Source: Rhodospirillales bacterium
GTDB taxonomy: Bacteria; Pseudomonadota; Alphaproteobacteria; Rhodospirillales; Casp-alpha2
DNA length: 49,625 nucleotides
Direction: 5' to 3'
Assembly (NCBI GenBank): GCA_021775325.1
Contig: JAJFID010000298.1
Span: 1-49,625, forward strand
The notes below the pieces were generated by a model, which searched no databases, was not told where the DNA came from, and saw nothing but the letters and a program-made list of their open reading frames with translations. The position numbers and the translations under genes were made by a program. Below are positions 32,894 to 42,331 of the stretch, in pieces. The number at the start of each line of letters is the position of its first letter. Position 1 is the first letter of the stretch.

Positions 32894-33613
32894 ATGAGAC
32901 CGTCCGGTCGTGCACCTGATGCATTACGTGCTATCAGTCTGGAAGTAGGATTCAGCAAATATGCCGAAGGATCCTGTCTGGTCAGGTTTGGCGATACCCA
33001 CGTGCTGTGCAACGCCAGCGTGGACAAACGTCTGCCGCCCTGGTTGCGCGACAGCGGCAAAGGTTGGGTCACGGCAGAATATGGTATGTTGCCGCGATCA
33101 ACCCATACCCGCACAGATCGCGAGGCGGCACGTGGCAAACAATCCGGTCGCACCCAGGAAATCCAACGCCTGATTGGGCGCTCACTCAGGGCCATAACGG
33201 ACCTTAAGGCGCTTGGTGAAATTCAGATCAAGGTCGATTGTGATGTGATTCAGGCTGACGGCGGGACGCGGACGGCATCCATTACCGGTGCCTATGTGGC
33301 GCTGCATCTGGCCTTGCAAAACCTGATGAAGGTTGGCTTGCTGAAGTCCATACCGCTGACTGATGAAGTGGCAGCTGTTTCCTGTGGTATCTTTAATGGC
33401 ACGCCTGTACTTGATCTGGATTATGCGGAAGACAGCAACGCCCAGGCGGATTCGAATTTCGTGCTGACGGGGCGCGGCGGTATTGTTGAGATCCAGGGCA
33501 CGGCAGAAGAAGAGCCGTTCAGCACCGCGGAGTTTGACCAGATGATGTCGCTGGCCCGAAAAGGCATTGAAGAGCTGACGGTCCTGCAACGTGATGCGCT
33601 GAACCTTACATAA
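32894..33613 (+). CDS. rph: ribonuclease PH
   Basis: [39 protein letters not shown]...[26 protein letters not shown] 32894 is preceded by GGAG. Confidence 0.95.
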   Translation: MRPSGRAPDALRAISLEVGFSKYAEGSCLVRFGDTHVLCNASVDKRLPPWLRDSGKGWVTAEYGMLPRSTHTRTDREAARGKQSGRTQEIQRLIGRSLRAITDLKALGEIQIKVDCDVIQADGGTRTASITGAYVALHLALQNLMKVGLLKSIPLTDEVAAVSCGIFNGTPVLDLDYAEDSNAQADSNFVLTGRGGIVEIQGTAEEEPFSTAEFDQMMSLARKGIEELTVLQRDALNLT

Positions 33614-33635
33614 GACGGATCATAAACAGGGCATC

Positions 33636-34244
33636 ATGGGCGAGCGTCGACACTTCACCGAAAAACAGATCGTCATTGCCAGTCACAACCCCGGCAAGGT
33701 GCGAGAGATTCGCGAACTTCTGGCACCTTTTGGCGTTAATGTATCAAGTGCCGGTGACATGGACCTGCCCGAACCGGAAGAAACAGGCGAAACATTCATC
33801 GACAACGCCATTATCAAGGCAAGCGCCACGGCCTCAGTTTCGCAACTACCGGCATTGGCTGATGACTCCGGGTTGTGCGTGGATGTACTGGGCGGTGCGC
33901 CGGGTATCTTTTCCGCCCGTTGGGCCGGGCCTGACAAAAACTTTGGCATGGCCATGCAGAAAATTATGGAAGCAACCGCGGATTTTGAAACCTGCAAAGC
34001 GCATTTTGTTTGTGCGCTGTGCCTGTGCTGGCCCGATGGACATGTCGAGAATTTCGAAGGTTATGTGCATGGCGCTTTGAGCTGGCCGCCGCGAGGCGAT
34101 CAGGGGTTCGGATATGATCCCATATTTGTGCCGGATGGATATGATGAAACCTTTGCCGAGATGGACCCGGCACAGAAACACGCTATGAGCCATCGCGCCG
34201 ATGCTTTCAATCAGCTTGTCGCCGCCTGTTTTCAACCGTCGTAG
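33636..34244 (+). CDS. rdgB: dITP/XTP pyrophosphatase (RdgB/HAM1 family)
   Basis: [18 protein letters not shown] ... [15 protein letters not shown] ... [16 protein letters not shown] ... GFGYDPIF.P ... SHRA.A. Confidence 0.93.
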   Translation: MGERRHFTEKQIVIASHNPGKVREIRELLAPFGVNVSSAGDMDLPEPEETGETFIDNAIIKASATASVSQLPALADDSGLCVDVLGGAPGIFSARWAGPDKNFGMAMQKIMEATADFETCKAHFVCALCLCWPDGHVENFEGYVHGALSWPPRGDQGFGYDPIFVPDGYDETFAEMDPAQKHAMSHRADAFNQLVAACFQPS

Positions 34245-34246
34245 CC

Positions 34247-35434
34247 ATGAGCGCGGTCCAGACATCAGGACCCGGGTTCGGTGTTTATGTGCACTGGCCG
34301 TTTTGCGAGTCCAAGTGTCCCTATTGTGATTTCAACAGTCATGTATCAGACACTGTCGATCACGCTGCCTGGCGCCGCGCCTACTGCAGCGAAATCGACT
34401 GGGTAGCTCGTACCTTGGGCGGCTCACAGGGCGAGCGTCCTGTTGTTACCAGTATTTTTTTTGGCGGCGGCACACCTTCTCTTATGCCACCGGAAACCAC
34501 GGCTGCAGTTCTCGACGCCATTCATACAGCGTTCGCGGTAAACAATGACGTGGAAATTTCGCTGGAAGCCAACCCGTCATCTGCGGAGGCGGGCCGATTC
34601 CAGGGCTACAGGGATGCGGGCGTTAACCGGGTATCTATCGGCGTGCAGTCCTTTGATGATGGGGCCTTGCGGTTTCTGGAGCGCCGACATGATGCTGCCT
34701 CTGCCCACCGGGCGATCAGCGCCGCTGCCAAAATTTTTCCACGTTACTCCTTCGATATGATTTACGCCCTGCCAGATCAGACGCCGGATCAGTGGAAACG
34801 GGAACTAACGGAAGCTGCCAGATTGGCAGACGATCATCTGTCCGTCTACCAACTGACTATCGAAAGCGGTACGCCATTTGCCCGAAACAACGTCCCCGCC
34901 GCGCCGGAAGACACGGCAGAGTCCCTGTTTTATATTACCGCCGACATTCTCAACGCTGCCGGGTTGTCGGCCTATGAAATTTCCAACCACGCCCGCCCCG
35001 GCGGAGAGTGTAAACATAACCTGCTGTACTGGCGAAGTGGCGATCATGTGGGCATTGGTCCGGGTGCCCACGGTCGGTTAAAGAGCCCTGATGGCGGTTG
35101 GCAATCACACTATCGAATTCATGGGCCACGGCGCTGGATGGAACACGTCACTGAGTTCGGACACGGCACTGCAAAGTCGGTGCCTATATCTGCCGAGGAA
35201 CGCATTGACGAAGCTATTCTCATGGGCCTGCGATTACGCACCGGTTTGTCCCGCCATGATTTCCGCGCGGCCACAGGCCAGACATTCGAGCAGGCGCTCA
35301 ATCCGGATAATCTGACGATGCTTGTAGAGGGCGGGTTTTTGGTATTGGACGATAACGGAATGCGGGCCACCCGCGAGGGCTGGCTCAGACTCAATGCGGT
35401 AATCGCGCGGCTTCTTGGATCGCCAGCGCCCTAA
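34247..35434 (+). CDS. hemW: radical SAM haem chaperone HemW (HemN-like, oxygen-independent coproporphyrinogen oxidase family)
   Basis: YVHWPFCESKCPYCDFNS radical-SAM CxxxCxxC, and FFGGGTPSL. 395 aa. rph-rdgB-hemW is a conserved order. Confidence 0.92.
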   Translation: MSAVQTSGPGFGVYVHWPFCESKCPYCDFNSHVSDTVDHAAWRRAYCSEIDWVARTLGGSQGERPVVTSIFFGGGTPSLMPPETTAAVLDAIHTAFAVNNDVEISLEANPSSAEAGRFQGYRDAGVNRVSIGVQSFDDGALRFLERRHDAASAHRAISAAAKIFPRYSFDMIYALPDQTPDQWKRELTEAARLADDHLSVYQLTIESGTPFARNNVPAAPEDTAESLFYITADILNAAGLSAYEISNHARPGGECKHNLLYWRSGDHVGIGPGAHGRLKSPDGGWQSHYRIHGPRRWMEHVTEFGHGTAKSVPISAEERIDEAILMGLRLRTGLSRHDFRAATGQTFEQALNPDNLTMLVEGGFLVLDDNGMRATREGWLRLNAVIARLLGSPAP

Positions 35435-36915
35435 TTTGTAAGTGCTGCAAAGCTGGACGGCGCCGGATCTATAACCACATTCTGGCGTGGCTGAACCTGC
35501 AGTACGGCGAGGCCGCGGTCCGCTGTACCGTCAGGCGCAAAACGAAACAGGCCGTCCCGGCCCGCAAATCCACTGGATTGCAGCATAGACTCCGGCGCGA
35601 ATGGATAGGGGCTTCCGCTTCGCGCCAGGACGGCTGCCAGCGCCGTTGCATCATAAGCCAGGGTCGCCAGCCTGTGTGGGCGGACACCATACGTCTGTTC
35701 ATACCGTTGCTGAAACTTGATCCGCGCCTGCGGTGGCGGTGCGGCGAACCACGCGCCAACCAATGCCGGTTCCGCGCCGATTCCCTGAGCATCAAGCTGT
35801 CCCGTGCCCAGTATCTGTACTTTCTGAGGATCAATGTCATAGAAAGGTAACAGGGCCGCAACCTGTTGCAGTCGATCACCGCCATCGGCGATCAACAGGG
35901 CTTCGTAGGGCAGATCGCCCAGCGTCTCGAGAAGATCAAGCCGTTTCAGTGCATTCAACGACAATTCGTCTTCCTTGCCATCCAACAATTTTCGTTCCCG
36001 GAGCAACGCGGCCCGGCGCTCGTCGTAGTCGGCCAGCAGTTTCACCACGGCATCGATATTGCTGCCGCTACGGTCGTAGTACGCCGTCTGTACAATGGTC
36101 CCGCCGTATCTGGATAGCGCCACATTGAATGCATCAACGACGGCGACGCCATAAGGGTCACTTGGTGCCAGGACCGCAAACCGGCGCAGGCCTTTGCTCA
36201 TGGCGAATGCAGTAACTCTGTCAACCTCGTTGCGTGGCAGGAAACCAAGCGAATAGATGCCATCACCGGCAACAGTGCTGTCGCTGGAAAAGGCGACCAC
36301 TGGAATACCTGCGGCCCGGGATATGGGTCCGATGGCGTGAGTGGAGCGCGATAACAACGGCCCGACCATGAGGCTGGCACCATCGCCAATCACCATGGCG
36401 GCAGCAAAAGATGCCTGCTCCGGCTGACCGGCGGTATCATGGGGTAGCAGTTCGAAATCCGAATCAGCAAAATCAAACAAGGCCATCTGCGCTGCGTTGA
36501 GCATGGAGGTGCCAAGCGGCGCATTGGGGCCACTGAGCGGTAGCAGGATACCGACCCTGACCGTATCGCCACCTATGGGTGTCAATACTGGTGCGGTGAC
36601 TGTCGCTGGCATACTGGGCTGGATAAGTGGCGCGACGTTTTCCGTCAGATATGGCTCCAGCATTTTGCGCCATTCCGCCTCTGAATTGCTGACCACCGGA
36701 CTTTCGGGCAGCTCGGGATTTGTGTCTGCGTTTTCAGGCTCAGGATACTTGGGGCCCGAAACCGGCGGTAACGCTGCGGTTCCACTGCCCGTCGTTGTTG
36801 GCGTTGACGAGCCCACCGGCACGCGCAAATGCTGGCACGCGCCCACAACCAGGAGCACGACTATCATGATGATTGTCGTCGTTACAGGACCAGATGAAAC
36901 TGGGGCAGACGACAT
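35431..36915 (-). CDS. LpoA-like penicillin-binding protein activator / periplasmic-binding-protein-fold lipoprotein
   Basis: Lipoprotein signal MSSAPV...IIMIVVLLVVGAC, a Pro/Thr-rich linker, then a type-I PBP-like domain (VGILLPLSGPNAPLG...). Divergent from rsmI-yraN, as E. coli lpoA is. ATG 36915 is preceded by AGGAA. Confidence 0.7.
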   Translation of the reverse strand: MSSAPVSSGPVTTTIIMIVVLLVVGACQHLRVPVGSSTPTTTGSGTAALPPVSGPKYPEPENADTNPELPESPVVSNSEAEWRKMLEPYLTENVAPLIQPSMPATVTAPVLTPIGGDTVRVGILLPLSGPNAPLGTSMLNAAQMALFDFADSDFELLPHDTAGQPEQASFAAAMVIGDGASLMVGPLLSRSTHAIGPISRAAGIPVVAFSSDSTVAGDGIYSLGFLPRNEVDRVTAFAMSKGLRRFAVLAPSDPYGVAVVDAFNVALSRYGGTIVQTAYYDRSGSNIDAVVKLLADYDERRAALLRERKLLDGKEDELSLNALKRLDLLETLGDLPYEALLIADGGDRLQQVAALLPFYDIDPQKVQILGTGQLDAQGIGAEPALVGAWFAAPPPQARIKFQQRYEQTYGVRPHRLATLAYDATALAAVLARSGSPYPFAPESMLQSSGFAGRDGLFRFAPDGTADRGLAVLQVQPRQNVVIDPAPSSFAALTN

Positions 36916-37098
36916 ACGCCTGTTCCTGCTAAAAAGGTTCGATGAAGATGGAAGGGTTATGCGCGTCATGAAATCCAGATACACGGATGGGACATCTGTG
37001 GCTACGTTTGATCGTCGCCAGCCTACCTATCCCGTGTCCCATAGTAAACCGATGAGTAAATATGTGAAAAATCCCGTTTTCCTCCTGAAAGTTCTGCC

Positions 37099-37953
37099 AT
37101 GAAATCGCAGACCGCAAATTCAGGCGTGCTTTACGTCGTGGCCACGCCAATAGGTAACGCGTCAGATATTACGTTGCGGGCGCTGGACATATTGGCCTCC
37201 GTTCAGTTTGTTGCCTGCGAAGATACGCGCGTTACAGCCAAGTTACTTTCCCTGCACGGGATCAAGGTGCCGTTGTCTCCCTACCACGAGTACAACGCCG
37301 CAAAAGTTCGGCCCGGCATGATTGAACGCCTGAAAAATGGCGATTCCATGGCGCTTGTTTCAGACGCCGGAACCCCGCTGGTGTCTGATCCCGGATACAA
37401 ACTGGTGCGGGGCTGCATAGATGAAGGTCTGAATGTAACAACATTGCCGGGCGCGTCTTCGGTACTTTGTGCACTGGTTCTGTCCGGATTACCTACAGAC
37501 AGGTTTCTGTTTGAAGGGTTTCTGCCCGCCAAATCGGGCGCGCGCCAAACTGCACTGAAAGAGATATCCGCGGTCCCGGCCACACTTGTTTTTATGGAAA
37601 GCGCCAGACGACTCGGTGCCAGCTTGGATGACATGGCGGCTGTCCTGGGTGATCGTGATGCCTCGGTCAGTCGTGAAATTTCCAAAATGTATGAAGAAAC
37701 ACGTCGCGGCACATTGTTAACGCTGGCAGGTCATTACCAGGGAGCAGGAGCACCAAAGGGCGAGGTCATGATCGTCGTCGGTGCGCCGGCGGAGAAGGCT
37801 GAGCTGGATCAGGCAACCATCGATGACATGCTGCGGACAGCACTGGGCGACCAGAGTGTACGGGATGCCGTACGTGACGTTACAGAAACAACGGGCCTGT
37901 CACGACAAATCATCTATCAACGTGCCTTGAAACTTTCCAAAACGGACCAATGA
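37099..37953 (+). CDS. rsmI: 16S rRNA (cytidine1402-2'-O)-methyltransferase
   Basis: LYVVATPIGNASDITLRALDIL..V..VACEDTR ... SDAGTPLVSDPGYKLV is the tetrapyrrole-methylase-fold RsmI signature. Confidence 0.93.
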   Translation: MKSQTANSGVLYVVATPIGNASDITLRALDILASVQFVACEDTRVTAKLLSLHGIKVPLSPYHEYNAAKVRPGMIERLKNGDSMALVSDAGTPLVSDPGYKLVRGCIDEGLNVTTLPGASSVLCALVLSGLPTDRFLFEGFLPAKSGARQTALKEISAVPATLVFMESARRLGASLDDMAAVLGDRDASVSREISKMYEETRRGTLLTLAGHYQGAGAPKGEVMIVVGAPAEKAELDQATIDDMLRTALGDQSVRDAVRDVTETTGLSRQIIYQRALKLSKTDQ

Positions 37954-38324
37954 ATAAATCCGCATCAACACCGGAACGGCGGCGGGCATGGCTCAAAGGC
38001 CGGAATGCGGAACGGTATGCTGCATTAACGCTTCGCCTGAAAGGGTACCGAATTCTGGCGCAACAATACCGCACCCCGGTTGGTGAAATTGATATCGTCG
38101 CCCGGCGCGGCAGAACCATCGTGTTTGTCGAGGTCAAGGCGCGTGCCATCGAACGGGAGGCCCGGGAAGCTATCATCAAGAAACAGCAGAAGCGGATCAT
38201 GAGGGCGGCGGAATTCTTCATTCAACATCATGTCAGTTACGCCGATTTCGAGCTGCGTTTCGACGCTATATTGATTATGCCCTGGCGTTGGCCATATCAT
38301 CTGCAGAACGCCTGGCAGCATTAG
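37950..38324 (+). CDS. yraN: YraN family protein (UPF0102, endonuclease-like fold)
   Basis: 124 aa. G..AE..A...L...GY.IL...YRTPVGEIDIVARRG.TIVFVEVKAR. ATGA overlap with rsmI. Confidence 0.85.
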   Translation: MNKSASTPERRRAWLKGRNAERYAALTLRLKGYRILAQQYRTPVGEIDIVARRGRTIVFVEVKARAIEREAREAIIKKQQKRIMRAAEFFIQHHVSYADFELRFDAILIMPWRWPYHLQNAWQH

Positions 38325-38407
38325 GGGTTCCAGTGCCTTACTCTCGCCATTAAAATAGGCGATTCGTTCGCGCTGGATATAGCTTGTCAACAAGGAGCCT
38401 GTTCACC

Positions 38408-39016
38408 ATGTCCTTACGATCGATACGCCCCATACGTTGTTTACTTGGGCCAGCCACCATTCTGGTCCTCGGCATTGCGCTCGCAGGTTGCGTTGAATTC
38501 GTGGTTGCCAGTGGCGCAACCGTCGGCGTTGCTGCGTATCAGGAGCGCGGTGTGGAGGGCGCTGCCCAGGACACCAAGCTGGCAACGCAAATCAGGATGA
38601 GCTATCTGGAATCCAGTTCGGAACTAACAACCAACGTTGGCATTGAGGTATACGAGAGCCGCGTACTGCTGACAGGTCTGGTTAATCAGGAGCAACAGCG
38701 AGCCGACGCCGTAAAGATGGCTTGGGCCGTTATCGGAGTAAAGGACGTCATCAATGAAATACAGTTGCGGAATGAAGAAGGCATTGTTGAATTTGCATAC
38801 GATGCGTGGATATCTACACAACTCCAGTCCAAACTAACGTTCGATAAAGATATTTTGTCCATCAATTACAGCATTGAAACGGTAAATTCTGTGGTTTACC
38901 TGATTGGCATTGCCCAGAGTCAGGAGGAGCTGGAGCGCGTGCTCGCTCATGCCCATAGTATTGATCGGGTACGTCGGGTCATTTCCCATGTTCGGATTAA
39001 GGACACGGTCACTTGA
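38408..39016 (+). CDS. BON-domain lipoprotein (DolP/OsmY-like)
   Basis: Signal plus lipobox ILVLGIALAGC, and two BON-like repeats (IEVYESRVLLTGLV... / IETVNSVVYLIGIA...). ATG 38408 follows AAGGAG. Same neighbourhood as E. coli yraP. Confidence 0.8.
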   Translation: MSLRSIRPIRCLLGPATILVLGIALAGCVEFVVASGATVGVAAYQERGVEGAAQDTKLATQIRMSYLESSSELTTNVGIEVYESRVLLTGLVNQEQQRADAVKMAWAVIGVKDVINEIQLRNEEGIVEFAYDAWISTQLQSKLTFDKDILSINYSIETVNSVVYLIGIAQSQEELERVLAHAHSIDRVRRVISHVRIKDTVT

Positions 39017-39852
39017 AGACCGCGTCCGGCGAGGCTGCGAGCCGTCTGAGGGAGTTACGTGATTGTGACGACTCCGGTTTTGACCTTGCGTCCGCCGCGC
39101 TCGATATTGCCTGTATCAATCAGACGCGGAAAGCTATAGGGGCATATGTGCGCCATCTGGATGTTTTGTGCAAAGACGTTGCACTGTTTGTAGGAAAACA
39201 ACCTGATGCCGACGACGCCGCGCATGCCCTGAGCAAAATCCTCGGGGCTCGTTATGGTTATGGAGGCGATGAATCAACTTTTGACGACTTGAATGCTGCC
39301 AACCTTATGCGCGTCATTGATGATCGTATGGGTCTGCCGGTCGCGCTGGGAATCATTTACATTCATGTGGCGCGTGCACAAGGATGGCTGGCGGATGGCA
39401 TTGATTTCCCCGGCCGCTTTATGATCCGTATTGAAATTGATGGCGAGCGGGCCATTCTGAACCCCTTTGATGGTGGCATGGTTATGGAGACTCGCGAACT
39501 GCGCGACATGCTGAAACTGACCATGGGCAATGAGGAAGAGCTATCGCCGACACACTACCGCGTTCTGGGAAACCGGGGCATTCTCATGCGTCTCGAAAAC
39601 AACTTGAAGGTCCGCCACCTGCACGCCCAGCGGTTTGATTCGGCTCTGGAAGTTATTGATACCATGTTGTTGTTTTCGCCAGCCGAGGCATCTCTCTGGC
39701 GCGAAGCAGGCATGATTCATTTACGTCTTGATCAGGTTGCGGAAGCAATTTTGGCGCTGGAAGAGTATCTGCGGCTTGATACGGACGGCCCCAGTCGTTA
39801 CACCGCAACGGTACTGTTGCAGGAGCTGCGGACGCGACCGCGCAGCAAATAG
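39013..39852 (+). CDS. SirB1/YchA-like transglutaminase-fold plus TPR protein
   Basis: [19 protein letters not shown]...[12 protein letters not shown]...ILNPFDGG followed by a TPR-like C-terminus. TTG start overlaps the upstream TGA (cTTGA). Confidence 0.6.
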   Translation: MKTASGEAASRLRELRDCDDSGFDLASAALDIACINQTRKAIGAYVRHLDVLCKDVALFVGKQPDADDAAHALSKILGARYGYGGDESTFDDLNAANLMRVIDDRMGLPVALGIIYIHVARAQGWLADGIDFPGRFMIRIEIDGERAILNPFDGGMVMETRELRDMLKLTMGNEEELSPTHYRVLGNRGILMRLENNLKVRHLHAQRFDSALEVIDTMLLFSPAEASLWREAGMIHLRLDQVAEAILALEEYLRLDTDGPSRYTATVLLQELRTRPRSK

Positions 39853-39880
39853 ATCTACCTTTTCGAGAGGAGCTTGGGCT

Positions 39881-40708
39881 ATGGGCCTGAAAGTCGCCAT
39901 TCAGATGGATCATATTTCCACGGTCGACATAGACGGTGACAGCAGCTTTGTGCTGGCATTGGAAGCGCAGCAGCGCGGGCATGCGCTGTTTCATTATCTG
40001 CCGGAAAGCCTGTCACTGGACCAGGGCCGGGTGCTGTGTCGCGCAGAAATCATGACCGTTACGCGGGAGAGAGGCGATCACTTTACACTGGGTGAAACGC
40101 AGGAGCTTGACCCGAGCCATGTGCGCAATGCGCCGGAAAAGCTGTTTGTCATGGAGTTCCCGGACCTCATGCCGCCGACGCTCATAACCCGCGATCCGGA
40201 ACGGGTGACCGCATTCCGTGATGCGCACAAGGACATCATCATCAAGCCACTTTACGGCAATGGTGGTGCCGGTGTGTTCCATCTGCAGCCCGGCGATGAA
40301 AACATGAACTCGCTGCTGGAGATGTTCCTGAACGGGTCGCGCGAACCCGTCATGGTGCAGCAGTATCTGGCCGCCGTGCGTGAGGGCGACAAGCGTATCA
40401 TCCTGATTGACGGCGATCCCGTGGGGGCAATTAACCGTATCCCGGCTGAGGGTGAGGCCCGGTCCAACATGCATGTGGGCGGGCGGGCGGTGGCATCGAC
40501 ACTGACAGACCGGGAACGCGAGATCTGTGTGCGCATCGGTCCGGCCCTGAAGGAGCGCGGTCTGATCTTTGTGGGTATTGATGTGATCGGTGGCTACATG
40601 ACAGAAATCAACGTTACATCTCCGACGGGACTGCAGGAAATCGGTCGATTTGACAACGTTAACCTGGCAGGCATGGTCTGGGATGCTATCGAAACCAGGT
40701 TGGCCTGA
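39881..40708 (+). CDS. gshB: glutathione synthetase (ATP-grasp), about 40 residues shorter than canonical because of an internal in-frame gap
   Basis: [35 protein letters not shown]-domain, [42 protein letters not shown], and [24 protein letters not shown] 39881 follows GAGAGGAG. The conserved V.LMR.DPPFD... segment is missing between ...LGETQE and [14 protein letters not shown]. Confidence 0.9.
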   Translation: MGLKVAIQMDHISTVDIDGDSSFVLALEAQQRGHALFHYLPESLSLDQGRVLCRAEIMTVTRERGDHFTLGETQELDPSHVRNAPEKLFVMEFPDLMPPTLITRDPERVTAFRDAHKDIIIKPLYGNGGAGVFHLQPGDENMNSLLEMFLNGSREPVMVQQYLAAVREGDKRIILIDGDPVGAINRIPAEGEARSNMHVGGRAVASTLTDREREICVRIGPALKERGLIFVGIDVIGGYMTEINVTSPTGLQEIGRFDNVNLAGMVWDAIETRLA

Positions 40709-40733
40709 AAGTCGACTCCGAGGTTCAGGGCTT

Positions 40734-41138
40734 TTATGTTGTCTTCCCCGGTTTTTTTCTGACCCTTTTCTGTTTTTTTGAGGCTGGCCTGACGTTAATC
40801 CCCTTCTTGGTATGGGTGACAAGATAACCGCCGCGAGGAATTTCCAGTTTTCCGGCATCAACCAGTCTGCCGAGCGTTGTCGCAATCGTTTGCTCGCTGG
40901 TCTGTTCATCAGCCTGTTCAGAAAAATTCTGACAGAACCAGTCTTCCAGTGTTTCCCGTGTGACGGCGCGGGCTTGTTCGCGGATGATGGCGTCCTGTCG
41001 CGACCGTGTTTCCCGGGCTTCAAACTCTGCCAGAATAATCCGCTGTTTAAAGGGAACAAAGCTGTTGAGTTGGTGTTGCATTTCAGCCAGTTCATCGTCT
41101 GACTTGTCTGCAACGATATCGCTGAAATTCCGTGCCAT
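40734..41138 (-). CDS. hypothetical protein (helical N-part, Lys/Arg-rich C-terminal tail)
   Basis: MARNFSDIVADKSDDELAEMQHQLNSF...GRLVDAGKLEIPRGGYLVTHTKKGINVRPASKKQKRVRKKPGKTT. Protein-like composition, unlike the overlapping 398-aa frame. No family recognised and the SD is weak. Alternative start at 41174. Confidence 0.45.
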   Translation of the reverse strand: MARNFSDIVADKSDDELAEMQHQLNSFVPFKQRIILAEFEARETRSRQDAIIREQARAVTRETLEDWFCQNFSEQADEQTSEQTIATTLGRLVDAGKLEIPRGGYLVTHTKKGINVRPASKKQKRVRKKPGKTT

Positions 41139-41216
41139 GGCTCGCCCATATATCCAAGTCTTCGGGCCACGCATGAATTGCGCAGGCCGCCAATGCCGTC
41201 TTCTGCCACAATAAAA

Positions 41217-41396
41217 TCAGGACTCGCTGGTCAGGGCGTTCATTGCATCTTGTATCAACAGAAACGCATCGTTGCATTTCTCACCGGAAAAATCGGTGAA
41301 CTTTCCGTCCGCCGAACAAGGGCAATGAGTTTTCACGTATTCTTCCAGGTCGTCTTTGATGCGGGCTAACTGGTCGGTTCGATCACTCATGGGCAT
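41217..41396 (-). CDS. hypothetical small acidic protein with a CPC...C motif
   Basis: MPMSDRTDQLARIKDDLEEYVKTHCPCSADGKFTDFSGEKCNDAFLLIQDAMNALTSES. Amphipathic helices flank a Cys-containing loop. There is no clear SD. Alternative starts at 41414 (TTG) and 41390. Confidence 0.35.
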   Translation of the reverse strand: MPMSDRTDQLARIKDDLEEYVKTHCPCSADGKFTDFSGEKCNDAFLLIQDAMNALTSES

Positions 41397-41452
41397 GAGG
41401 CTATTTGGAAACAACGCCTAGTGTCAACAACGCCAACTGCCAAATCCCGCAC

Positions 41453-42196
41453 TCAACCATACAAAACATCGGTACGGATAATGTATTTTTGCCCTGATAT
41501 GATCTCTTCGCCCGCGTGAACACAATGCTGCGGGTGCATGCCGTGGGGGAAACACAGCACTGCGCCTTTGGGCGTATGAATGGTCGCTACGACATGTGGA
41601 CCCGTCTGAAACAGGGTGCGGCCACCCTCATAACCATCAGACAGAAATATCAAAAAACTCATCTGGCTGAACCGGTCGCCATAGGCATCGGCGACAACAC
41701 GGCCATCAATGACCCGGCTACCGGGCCAAGCACCATCCGTATGAGGACTGAAGTAATCACCCTCCGTATACCGGTAGAAACGAAACCGGGCATTAATGCC
41801 AACCGGTTGCTGGTGATCAAAGCTCGACGGGCCGAAATGTTCGTGACAGCGATCCCAGATGACGCGATCGATACTGTCGTCCACAATCCAGTTGACGTTG
41901 TAATTGTGGCGAATGCTGCGCGGCAGGGAAACAGGCGCATCGCCGTGATAACCCAATGCTTCGCTGATTTCCACAAACCGGTCGCATTCCTGGTTGCTCA
42001 GCACATTCAGCAACTGAAAAGCCCCCGGAACATCCACCACGTTCTGGCATGTAACCGTCTTATCAGGATTTGAATCAAAATGGACGGAGCCGGACCCGGC
42101 GCTCGCCCAGGTGGGTAAATCAGATTCTTCGTGCCCCGGTTCCCTGGCCGCCACAAAGAAGGTTGCGCCACCATCCGGCGTTACATGTGATTCCAT
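41453..42196 (-). CDS. 2OG-Fe(II) oxygenase, prolyl 4-hydroxylase-like
   Basis: FYRYTEGDYFSPHTDGAW (HxD), MSFLIFLSDGYEGGRTLF, distal His in HCVHAGEEI, and KYIIRTDVLY (2OG-binding basic residue). Start is uncertain: ATG 42196 or 42274. The ORF-track start at 42490 would overlap comM. Confidence 0.8.
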   Translation of the reverse strand: MESHVTPDGGATFFVAAREPGHEESDLPTWASAGSGSVHFDSNPDKTVTCQNVVDVPGAFQLLNVLSNQECDRFVEISEALGYHGDAPVSLPRSIRHNYNVNWIVDDSIDRVIWDRCHEHFGPSSFDHQQPVGINARFRFYRYTEGDYFSPHTDGAWPGSRVIDGRVVADAYGDRFSQMSFLIFLSDGYEGGRTLFQTGPHVVATIHTPKGAVLCFPHGMHPQHCVHAGEEIISGQKYIIRTDVLYG

Positions 42197-42331
42197 TAGC
42201 CATCCGATGTGCTGCTTCTCCGGGTGAGAGCCTAACCCATTGCGGCAACCCTCACCACAAATAAGGGGTGGCATGGATGCGTGGATTGCTCTTACAATCA
42301 GGACGGAACAATCCTCGGGTGGGATCGCCAT

